Below are positions 28,201-40,000 of a stretch of 64,000 bases of DNA, in pieces (the stretch's first letter is position 1; each line of letters opens with the position of its first letter). The stretch covers positions 4,960,001 to 5,024,000 of the forward strand of contig OY986950.1 in the NCBI GenBank assembly GCA_963920595.1. Reading direction: 5' to 3'. Below the pieces are notes generated by a model, which had not been told where the DNA came from, searched no databases, and saw only the letters and a list, made by a program, of their open reading frames with translations. The stretch is from Eimeria praecox (lineage: Eukaryota). A program made the translations under genes and the position numbers.

Positions 28201-31200
28201 TTCGAAGACGGGGATGGCTGATGCAACTAGCGATTGTGGCCAAGAGCTTTTAGGCTGTCAACAAGAAGCTCTAGAGTTATGTTGAAGCACATACATGTGC
28301 AGTGTTGTCAGTTTCATGCTTTGTGGGCCAGCGAGTTCGTGCTTAGAGCCATACGAAGTGCACATAGATATTCGCCAGATGGTCTTACCGAGGACGTATG
28401 AAAGGGGGGGTTCTTGAGGGCGCTCCAACAGGACGCGCGTGTGCTCAGTTGTCGGCACTTGCGGTACGCGATCCCGTGACCATATGGGCACCCTAGGTAT
28501 TTGAGGTTCGGCTCACTGCAACAGTTCAGCAGGGAATGGCTCTTACTCTGCATAATTAGTTTTCGTAGAGCAACATAGCTTGCGTGCTCTGCTATCAGCA
28601 AGTACGCCACAGTGAAAGCACTCCTGCAGGAGAATAGCGCGGCTTCCCAGAGTGGCTGCATGTCCCGCTGGCCTTCGCTTGTTAGGTTGCCCTAGCTTGC
28701 AAAGCCGCCTTAGTTACTAAGATCGCCTCTTCCATGTAAATGCGACCTATTTGGTTGCATCGGGCTTTGCCTGCAAGAGCTTGGATATGCGCAGGCTGGC
28801 TACACGCAGGCTGTACGGAGCTTCGCTGAGTGCCTGCATGGCTGTCAATTAACCTGCTGACGTCGATGCTGTCAAAGCGTATGTACTTGGATAGCTGAAT
28901 GTGAAAATTCCCATCTATGTGCATGGCTTCCGAAGGCAGTGACTCTGCTGTAGAGAATCTTTGCCCACGTTCACCAAAGATTGTCTACTGGCTTATGAAA
29001 GTTCCTAACCTCATAACCATTTGTGACGCCTGCAGCTCTGCCTCTGCTTTTCCTTGTGCTTATGCACTTCGAATGCAGTAGTAGGTTTTGACTGCGTCAG
29101 CCAGTATGAATATATTCAATGTTTTGCTGATGGCTTGCCAGAAAGCCATCAGTTTAATGCTTGCCTTATTCATCCGCAGTGAGAACGGCTCAAATCCTCA
29201 GAGTACAGCGAGGGGCGCGACGCTGGAGTACACCACTTTCCGTCTTTGAATGATTCTCGGTGTCTTGTGATTATGCTATTCCTGTTCCATATTATTTTTC
29301 CAAGCCTCGAATATTGAACTGGATATTTGCTTAATCCGTCCTGCGTGGCTGGAGACGCCTGCTTTGAACTACTCCCTACGAGATGAATGGGCCTCTACTA
29401 TGTAGTGTGCATTCGTTTCCAACACAAGGCTGCCAGTTTGGCGACATTACTGGTTACATTTTTGCCTAATGGGGACTGACCCCACGATACATTATGGAAG
29501 CAACTTACGCTGCAAAGCTTCGCAGTGTTTAGCTCGCGCGTGCCACTTCCAGGAGGGGCGAGCATTCAGTTACCTTTGCTATCTGGTATGCATGTGCATG
29601 CCAAACGGAGTTGCCGGTTACGGTTGCGTCAGTCAGTACGCTTGCATTCGGTCTCAGGCTCATGGCTTACTAGTAAGCCAGGATGCGTTCGAAGACGGGG
29701 ATGGCTGATGCAACTAGCGATTGTGGCCAAGAGCTTTTAGGCTGTCAACAAGAAGCTCTAGAGTTATGTTGAAGCACATACATGTGCAGTGTTGTCAGTT
29801 TCATGCTTTGTGGGCCAGCGAGTTCGTGCTTAGAGCCATACGAAGTGCACATAGATATTCGCCAGATGGTCTTACCGAGGACGTATGAAAGGGGGGGTTC
29901 TTGAGGGCGCTCCAACAGGACGCGCGTGTGCTCAGTTGTCGGCACTTGCGGTACGCGATCCCGTGACCATATGGGCACCCTAGGTATTTGAGGTTCGGCT
30001 CACTGCAACAGTTCAGCAGGGAATGGCTCTTACTCTGCATAATTAGTTTTCGTAGAGCAACATAGCTTGCGTGCTCTGCTATCAGCAAGTACGCCACAGT
30101 GAAAGCACTCCTGCAGGAGAATAGCGCGGCTTCCCAGAGTGGCTGCATGTCCCGCTGGCCTTCGCTTGTTAGGTTGCCCTAGCTTGCAAAGCCGCCTTAG
30201 TTACTAAGATCGCCTCTTCCATGTAAATGCGACCTATTTGGTTGCATCGGGCTTTGCCTGCAAGAGCTTGGATATGCGCAGGCTGGCTACACGCAGGCTG
30301 TACGGAGCTTCGCTGAGTGCCTGCATGGCTGTCAATTAACCTGCTGACGTCGATGCTGTCAAAGCGTATGTACTTGGATAGCTGAATGTGAAAATTCCCA
30401 TCTATGTGCATGGCTTCCGAAGGCAGTGACTCTGCTGTAGAGAATCTTTGCCCACGTTCACCAAAGATTGTCTACTGGCTTATGAAAGTTCCTAACCTCA
30501 TAACCATTTGTGACGCCTGCAGCTCTGCCTCTGCTTTTCCTTGTGCTTATGCACTTCGAATGCAGTAGTAGGTTTTGACTGCGTCAGCCAGTATGAATAT
30601 ATTCAATGTTTTGCTGATGGCTTGCCAGAAAGCCATCAGTTTAATGCTTGCCTTATTCATCCGCAGTGAGAACGGCTCAAATCCTCAGAGTACAGCGAGG
30701 GGCGCGACGCTGGAGTACACCACTTTCCGTCTTTGAATGATTCTCGGTGTCTTGTGATTATGCTATTCCTGTTCCATATTATTTTTCCAAGCCTCGAATA
30801 TTGAACTGGATATTTGCTTAATCCGTCCTGCGTGGCTGGAGACGCCTGCTTTGAACTACTCCCTACGAGATGAATGGGCCTCTACTATGTAGTGTGCATT
30901 CGTTTCCAACACAAGGCTGCCAGTTTGGCGACATTACTGGTTACATTTTTGCCTAATGGGGACTGACCCCACGATACATTATGGAAGCAACTTACGCTGC
31001 AAAGCTTCGCAGTGTTTAGCTCGCGCGTGCCACTTCCAGGAGGGGCGAGCATTCAGTTACCTTTGCTATCTGGTATGCATGTGCATGCCAAACGGAGTTG
31101 CCGGTTACGGTTGCGTCAGTCAGTACGCTTGCATTCGGTCTCAGGCTCATGGCTTACTAGTAAGCCAGGATGCGTTCGAAGACGGGGATGGCTGATGCAA

Positions 31201-32658
31201 CTAGCGATTGTGGCCAAGAGCTTTTAGGCTGTCAACAAGAAGCTCTAGAGTTATGTTGAAGCACATACATGTGCAGTGTTGTCAGTTTCATGCTTTGTGG
31301 GCCAGCGAGTTCGTGCTTAGAGCCATACGAAGTGCACATAGATATTCGCCAGATGGTCTTACCGAGGACGTATGAAAGGGGGGGTTCTTGAGGGCGCTCC
31401 AACAGGACGCGCGTGTGCTCAGTTGTCGGCACTTGCGGTACGCGATCCCGTGACCATATGGGCACCCTAGGTATTTGAGGTTCGGCTCACTGCAACAGTT
31501 CAGCAGGGAATGGCTCTTACTCTGCATAATTAGTTTTCGTAGAGCAACATAGCTTGCGTGCTCTGCTATCAGCAAGTACGCCACAGTGAAAGCACTCCTG
31601 CAGGAGAATAGCGCGGCTTCCCAGAGTGGCTGCATGTCCCGCTGGCCTTCGCTTGTTAGGTTGCCCTAGCTTGCAAAGCCGCCTTAGTTACTAAGATCGC
31701 CTCTTCCATGTAAATGCGACCTATTTGGTTGCATCGGGCTTTGCCTGCAAGAGCTTGGATATGCGCAGGCTGGCTACACGCAGGCTGTACGGAGCTTCGC
31801 TGAGTGCCTGCATGGCTGTCAATTAACCTGCTGACGTCGATGCTGTCAAAGCGTATGTACTTGGATAGCTGAATGTGAAAATTCCCATCTATGTGCATGG
31901 CTTCCGAAGGCAGTGACTCTGCTGTAGAGAATCTTTGCCCACGTTCACCAAAGATTGTCTACTGGCTTATGAAAGTTCCTAACCTCATAACCATTTGTGA
32001 CGCCTGCAGCTCTGCCTCTGCTTTTCCTTGTGCTTATGCACTTCGAATGCAGTAGTAGGTTTTGACTGCGTCAGCCAGTATGAATATATTCAATGTTTTG
32101 CTGATGGCTTGCCAGAAAGCCATCAGTTTAATGCTTGCCTTATTCATCCGCAGTGAGAACGGCTCAAATCCTCAGAGTACAGCGAGGGGCGCGACGCTGG
32201 AGTACACCACTTTCCGTCTTTGAATGATTCTCGGTGTCTTGTGATTATGCTATTCCGGTTCCATATTATTTTTCCAAGCCTCGAATATTGAACTGGATAT
32301 TTGCTTAATCCATCCTGCGTGGCTGGAGACGCCTGCTTTGAACTACTCCCTACGAGATGAATGGGCCTCTACTATGTAGTGTGCATTCGTTTCCAACACA
32401 AGGCTGCCAGTTTGGCGACATTACTGGTTACATTTTTGCCTAATGGGGACTGACCCCACGATACATTATGGAAGCAACTTACGCTGCAAAGCTTCGCAGT
32501 GTTTAGCTCGCGCGTGCCACTTCCAGGAGGGGCGAGCATTCAGTTACCTTTGCTATCTGGTATGCATGTGCATGCCAAACGGAGTTGCCGGTTACGGTTG
32601 CGTCAGTCAGTACGCTTGCATTCGGTCTCAGGCTCATGACCTACTAGTAAGCCAGGAT
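25227..32658. repeat. Tandem array of five ~1487-bp units (starts 25227, 26714, 28201, 29688, 31175)
   Basis: TTCGAAGACGGGGATGGCTGATG recurs every 1487 bp. Identical ORF translations recur at this spacing (25284/26771/28258/29745/31232 and 25708/27195/28682/30169/31656). Similarity ends after GCCAGGAT at 32658. Confidence 0.98.
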
Positions 32659-33216
32659 ACTGTTGCTTGCCAAAGTTGGCTCTAATGCGGGCTGGATGGT
32701 TGGACCTGCCTACAGCGAGGGCAGCTCGCTGTGCTATATCGTTCTGCCTTTGCTTGATTCCTGTGTGTACTGGTGGCCTGCGACCAAAGCAGCACATGCC
32801 TGTCTGTCTATGCCCGAATCTTGGGCTGGAGCCTGGCTAGTTCCGGTGTTTGTTGGTTGGTTCCATCTATTACACGCAGCATCATAGAGATCCATTCATG
32901 CCATACTGCCTATCGCATGAATGAGTGTCTGCGGTGTGGCGTGCATTCGTTTCGGAACGGTGCCAGCTTGGTTGCCCTAGTGAAAACGTTAGTAGCAAGG
33001 GGAGAACGCTTACACAATGCACCTTGCTCTCCGTGTACATCCCAGAACGTGCGTACCATCGCTGCATTCAGAGCTTTGTGGGACACGTTGCTGCATGTGA
33101 ATGACTTCAGTGTTCTGCGGAGCACAGTCGCTCTAACGCCAGGGCCTTCGGAAGTCAGACAACGCAGCTGGTGTGTTACACTGTCGTAGTATGTTCAACC
33201 GTGGCAAATCCTTACC

Positions 33217-33910
33217 TCCAGTTCGCAAGCGAAGCGCGTGCCTATAGTAAAGTTTGGCACCCAACATTGAATGCATGCGGTGCCTGTTTTCCCTGCGAGG
33301 CAGAATGTGCTTGGGGAGGCTAACTACTGAATCTTTTTATTTTTTATCGTGCAGCCATGCTGCTAGTGGAAATTGCTCATGAATAGCAAATCGCAATGGC
33401 CTAGTCTGTATGTTTGAAGGCAGCACTTGGACGGGATGCTTGAAGCAGCCCATGTGGTAGTTGTTCGCCTGCAAATTCACTCTTGCAAGACGTGTTTTAC
33501 CACGGGCTGTTCGTTATACAGAGACCCGGACCAACAGCCTAGTTCCAGTTCGCAAGAGAACTGCATATCTTTAGAACCTTTTGGCAACCGAACGTTGAAT
33601 GCATGTGATGCCTGTCACCCGTGCAGAATGTGCTTGAGGAAGCTAACTACCCAACCTTTCTACTTTTTATCATGTTCCCATCCGGATAGTGGAGATTGCT
33701 CATGAATAGCAAATCGCAATGGCCTAGTCTGTATGTTTGGAGGCAGCACTTGGACTATTCCAGCTGTGAAATTCCGCAAACGGAGTGGATACTGAACGCG
33801 AACTATAGAGGGTTTGGAGCTTCTAGTATATAGATCGTACTTGCAGCAGCGCACCTGGTTATTGTTCGTCTGCACATTCATTCTTTCAAAGCGTGCTTTA
33901 CCACGGACGG
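33217..33910. repeat. Diverged direct duplication (copy 1 about 33217-33510, copy 2 about 33544-33910)
   Basis: Shared ordered blocks TCCAGTTCGCAAG, TTGAATGCATG, GCAGAATGTGCTTG, GCTAACTAC and TTTACCACGG, plus a 61-bp core at 33372-33432 and 33695-33755 with one mismatch. Confidence 0.92.
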
Positions 33911-34036
33911 ATCCCTACGCAAAGGCACAGAGCGTGAGTGCACGTTGAAGGAGTTTGACGGAGAGGTACTAAGAACTACTTTTTAGGTGCAGCGCGAGGT
34001 GGCTAGCACGTAACGTAAATCGCACGCTCCTGTATA

Positions 34037-34041
<5 letters not shown>

Positions 34042-34093
<52 letters not shown>
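34042..34093. repeat. (TA)26 microsatellite
   Basis: Perfect dinucleotide run read directly. Confidence 0.99.
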
Positions 34094-34096
<3 letters not shown>

Positions 34097-37000
34097 GCCA
34101 AGAGCGCTTGGCGCCGCTTTACGTGAGTATTCCCCCCATCCACTGTCATTCAAACGGACTTGTTTATTAGCCCGTTAAGACATGAGATACCGGAAATTCA
34201 TGATTGTGCGGGTTAGCGCGTGAGTATTCACTACCAGTCGCGATAAAGCGTAGCAGCTGGAGCAGGGAAGGCTTATGGCGGGCTGGTTTACTGTGAATGG
34301 CTGGTAAGCACATAGTAGCGCTTGCGGAGCGTGTAAAGGTTAAAGGGCTCTACGGCAAATGACCCCATTCAGTTAAAAGGCCCTGCTGCATTTCTGCAAG
34401 GCTCAGAGAACCCGAAGCTTGTTTGGTGCTTTGCTAGCCAAAGGAGAAGATTGCATGCGTTGGCAGCTGAGAAGTGGCCTCTATACACCGCCTTTTCCCT
34501 TCATCAACGGTCCAGGCCTTACGCAAGAAACTAGCACCCTACGCAATTTCCCGTGCCAAGTGTTTATGGCAAAGCTCCCAGGTTTACATATGGTTGCCGT
34601 GAACTTTTGCTAGAACGCTAATCCACAGAAAAACGGCCAGAAGGGTCTAAGTGAACTTAGCAGAGCTATTTCATGCGTACAATCCCACCATCTCTTTTTG
34701 CTTTTGGCCGTACTTGCGTGCTTGCTAGTGTGATTGCATTTCCGCAGTTCGTATGTTGCGAGCTCACACGATATAAACTCGATACGTGGATATTTATGGG
34801 CGCGGTGGTAAAGTTCGTTTAGGCCTTTATGCCTGCCTTTTTAAAACGCTTTCATGCAGGGGGGCTTTTGACTTTGACCGCGGGTGCTGCAAGCAAAACT
34901 ACATAGGAGCGAAACAATCCTAGCACAGAGTTTGCACTCCGTGTAAAAATATCAAAGCTTTATGCGGCATTGGCATCTAGCATGCTCCCTATGTGGCTCC
35001 TCTGTTTGCCCCCTTGCCGCGCATCCACAAATGAGAAGCCTAATCGCATTCGTAAATCCCTCCTGTGCTTGGTTGCGGTGCTCTAGTGTGGAGGCGGACA
35101 AGCTTTCTATAGCTATATCGGCTTTTATGGTTGCAAGATCCCTGTAAGCAGCCTCACCTCCGAAGCGGAATCCGCATGCTGAGCTCTAAAGAGTAGCCAT
35201 CATCGTACAATTAGGACTTCTGTGTGCATTTATAAGCGGCGTTGAGCTGGCTATGCCTATGTTAACTAGGATACAATGTGCTAGAAGCTTCAGAGGTCAG
35301 GCTCAGCTGATTTTCCGTTCGTCGTGCAGCTCAAGCTTTCAGAATCGGAGAATGGCTACACATTTCGAATTGTTTCTGACGTGCAGGAATGTTCTCGTGG
35401 CTCTCCCTGCTGTTTCAACAGGCGGTACGCAGTATTCGAGTTCTTCAAGAGTAATCAATTGATAATAATAATCAAGTAATAGAAGTAACAATCTTAATTA
35501 AGGCATGCGAAAAGCTTTTGAGTTAAAGTTTTAGATGCACCCTCTTGCCTAGGCAACTTTAAAGAGCTTAAGGCATTATGAGGTGTTGCTTGTTGCATTG
35601 CTGCGTACTGCAGTCCAACGAATTATCTTATGTTGCTTCGTTAGCCTCCGGCTGAGTGGTGAATGGCTCGCTCACAAAGAAAGTGTGTCAGCAAAGTACC
35701 ACTCACAAGCAGCGTGTAGCATCGGGTTGTCCGCCTCAGTCCAGCTACGCCATGCCACAGAGTGAATGCATTTCAGGCCAGCAATCAATCACAGCCCTGG
35801 TGACAATATTCAGCTTGTACTAGAGAAAAGGTTTATTTTGCCTGCGGGCAGCCGGCCAGTAGCGGCTTTAGAGCTTCTGTACCGTTGAGCAACGACTGTA
35901 TCTTCCCCTGACAAACATGGATATTATTACGAGGAGCAGCGGAAATGCCTCAGCGAGACGCGATGACATCTTTACGCGTTTACTAAATTCAAGCAAAAGT
36001 TCTAGGAGGTTAGGCGTAGGTAGATAAACGGCGGATAGCGTTCATGATGCTTTAGCCCCCTGAACAATAATATCAGGCAGTCCGTCGCGAAGCGCGAGTC
36101 GTAGGGTGCAACCCGACTGCTGGCAATGAAATGAGCATCCTGTGAAACGCAATTCGCAGCTTCGACAAGGTTTCCGGCCAGGCCTTTGCAAAATCAAGGC
36201 ACTGTTTGAACCGCTTTATGCTGTGCCTCTAAAGGCTTTGCAGAGATACACTCAAACAAGCAGTGAACGGGGACCTGCCAGCAAGTAAGTGCATCGAGGA
36301 ATGGCGATAAAGGCGATTTCGGGTATAAACTTTGGCGGATTGGGAAGCATGACTGTCTCCTGCCCGTTCCGCTGCTTCTTAACGAGGCATTGCTTGGTGA
36401 TGTGAATAGATCTGGCCGCGGAGACGTATTTATGCAGGCTTATACAAATATTTGCAATAACGCCTTTGCACTATGTTTCGTGCTGAAGAACGTCAGTTAG
36501 GGCTGCTGAGTGGGAATACATCCGTCCGGGCTGCCGATTAGTGGCTTGCGCAAATATCACGGTTAGGAGGTATTTGCAAGACACAGCATAATTGCAGTTT
36601 TGCGCTTCTAATGTGCGGAAACGCGGCTCTTTAACCCTGCTTATTCTTAGTGGTGTTGGGCACAGCTGCGTAGGTGTGGGTGTAGTGTGCGCGTAGGTGA
36701 ATGCTCAGGCTTGTGAGACCAGCAGCCACTTTCCTGCACTTGATTCGCAGAGTAGTAGTGGAAATCACGTTCAGCTTCTACGACAAAACGAGAAGTGGCC
36801 TGTGATTGAATGGTTGCATTCCTATCGCCCTTGTTGACAAGTTTGGAGGAGCTGCATGCTTTACACAGGATGGGGCCACTTCTTGCATGCAAGGTAGGTT
36901 TATTGAGCGTGTTAAATCTCCAGATTGTGATAATAAGCCCGTCCTGTCTGGATATGGATGGCGAGCAAGCTTCACATCTCTTAAGCCCAGTCAGGGCCGC

Positions 37001-40000
37001 ATTTGAGGAAGCTATGATCGAGTGATAGCTGGCATTTCAAATCTAGCTCTTGCAACGTTGAAATTGCGAAGTCGAACGTTGACAGGCACAACGGCAGTAC
37101 GTCCGGCGGCATAATCGTGCATCTGCGCCTGTGGATGTTAGGCATCTTATGATGCTGATCCCGGCTTCGGCGTTTTTCGCACGTTGGACAGTTCGTGAGT
37201 AAAACTAAAATCGTTGTAGCTGTACGAACAGCCTTTGATTAATTATCCAGCAGTTTGTCTGATGGTCTCGTTAAATCTGTTAATAAGAACTTCGCATTTA
37301 CTCAAGTATTGCCTTGATAGGGCGCAGTGCATCGAAGGGTCCTGTAGTTTTACAGGGGCGGGAATTGATATGCTCCGCGGAGCCCACATATCCCCGTTCT
37401 GGTAGCCTACTGTTGAAGCCATGTTGAAAGGGGAATATATGTGGGCGTGGCTTTGTCCATAGTGTTTCTGGCACTTAGCAAGCGTCGATTGATCAATCTT
37501 AATAGGTGCCCGCCTACAATCAGCGCATGCAATAAGCCTGCAACCGGTGTCTTGGCCTGTCCAGTTTGTATGCAGAAACGTTGTTTTAAGGCTTGGGGAC
37601 TAGGTGCTACCAGTTGCTGGAAATAGTTGATTAGACTGTAGAATGAATCAGTCGCAGCACAGTGTTGCGCAGTGGCATTTTGTCTGATTATCGACGTCTG
37701 AAGCAACTCTAGAGGCTGTTGCATTGGCAACCTCCGCTGTACGGCCTTCAGAAAGTGAGCGGTGCTGCAGCTTATGGCGAGGATTTATTCTGGAGGCCAT
37801 TAGCGAGCACCTGCACCTGCGGAATCGCTGGGGAGCATACCGTTACTAGCGTTCTAAATTCACGAGTCAAAGAAACTAACAACGAGACACGGTTGCACCT
37901 AGTTACTGTATGGTATGCCTTGCCTTTGCATTCGCTCCTAGTGCCTCCGAACGACAACCCTGCCCGCATGCCGCAGCGGCGAACAAAGGGGCCTCTCAAC
38001 CACGGAAACGGAAAGCGTCTTCCTGCTTGTGCGCTATTTTCAGAACGTGCGTCGGGCATTTCCGTACGGGCAAAATATCATACTCAATAGATACGCATTA
38101 CAACATACGAAGAATGAATTTTTGGGTGAAGGGGCTCACTTTTCCTTGTCCCAGCCTAGCCGAAATCTGTGGGAAGTTTGAACGCAAAAATTGCCAATTC
38201 ATAGTTGGTTAGTTCAGAAACCAAATTGCTCAATGAAGAATGATCACAATGTTGATCATAATGTGGTAAAACTCTACTAGTCGAGCATGTAAACAAGTGC
38301 GACAGAGTGAGCGGCTCATCCGCATGTCAGCTGACTGCCTTCAATCAAAAATGAAATTAGACAGAGGCGATGGTTTTTCTGTGATGCATATCACACTGAT
38401 TGCCTAGGTACGAGCGTGGGAACACCTAGGTTATATCATTGTTGCGGAATCTGGCCCCCTGAAAACTGTCGTGAATATATCCAGTAAAAAAGGGGGCCTG
38501 CTTGCAGATCGAAAGTACAGCTTCGCCTACGGCATTGGACTTAACGAAATTTTCAACATCATGCCGCCTAACGCTTACCTGGCAGGAGGTGCGTTCATTG
38601 CGTTGAATACTCCCTTCTACCTTTGCGTTGGCTGTTAAACACATGAACAAATGTATGCGTTCCTGAGGCATCAACAGGAACTACGTGCGGGGTCTGCGGC
38701 TGCTGTGATCCTGAAAATATGAACGTCGTTTGTTTAGTGGATCTGCTAGTGCAGCTGAAGACAACTGGGATAACGGGAATGTGCTTTGTGGGTGAACTCC
38801 TATGTCTTGATTTGCACAATAAGGACAAAGCTCCTGCACAGCCCCTTGGGGCAGCCTGGAGTACAAGACTCATTGGCTGCTTGTCTGTCCGCATGGTGCT
38901 TGAAAGGCGCATCTAGGCGTAGACGTGCCACAATTACTAAATGCCAACGCGATAGCACGTTACGTTCGAATAAGCAAGTACGCTATTGCACGGGTAACAT
39001 GAAAATTCGTCCCTGGGCGTCCCTGGGCTGGAAAGTACAGTAGAATGTATGCGTTCTCTCTCAACAGGTTAACAAGCATATAATTGCGCAACTTGCGGGC
39101 CGCTGCTACTCAACGGTTTGGGGAAGTGGCCGAAAGCACGTAGACAGCAACGATCAGCAGCCCAAGACTACGCAGCTACCAGTGATGCGAAACCAGTTTG
39201 GTGCCGCCGCCTCAGGTTGCTTATTTTCTCAACCCCAGAATGTGCCGCTCCCTCTACGCTGAAGCTGGGAAGGCACCTTTTTGCCAATGGAAAGCTGACC
39301 TACAGCAGGTGCTCTGATGAAAAGCCGTCGCATCATAGGCCAGTGGGGAGCGCGTACTGGCGTGGTGGCATTGGATCACTTACGCCCCACTGTTATAGTA
39401 TGGCAAGTGTGATTCCTCCTTCCTTATAGGGCCTTAGTGCACTGTAGAATTGGTTTCTTTTTCTAATATGCTAGAAAGCAGTGTGATAAGTTCAGCGCAG
39501 CAGGTGTTACATCCTGGTGATGGCCGCGTGCCTCCTGTTATGTGCTACTACAAGACATCCCCCTTCTCGCCTCGATCTGCATTGGAATTGATTTGTTGCT
39601 TGTTTACAATACAGCCCTTTCATTGGAATTCCGTGGCACAGGCCTGTATAGACTTGAAGAAATTCTCAGGTTTCGTGTCTGCTGCTCCCCCAGCCCTATG
39701 AATAAAGGCCTTTGCTCCACTTCACGGCCCCTGTATGCAGCTATTGCTTAGTTAGCACTCTGTTTTTTTGTCCGTCGAGGTAAGTCTGTTCAAGTGTAGT
39801 GCATGCTTTGGCAAGGCATTTGAGCTAAACGGGCAGCCTAGATATACAGCCAACCTGCGTTATTTAGAATCTCTTGTGGAAACAGTCCTCTACCTTTCTC
39901 ATGACTCATGCTAGCGCATGTCATCCGACTGCGTTAGCAAGTGTGTTACGCTGCGTTCCTTTGGAGGCTTGTAAGCAAGCCTTGTGCTCTGGCTAAGCAC

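Noticed and set aside
25284..32685. Repeated ORFs in the 1487-bp unit as a tandem gene array
   Set aside because: They are short, overlap on both strands, show no recognisable domain, and one is truncated by a SNP in copy 1.
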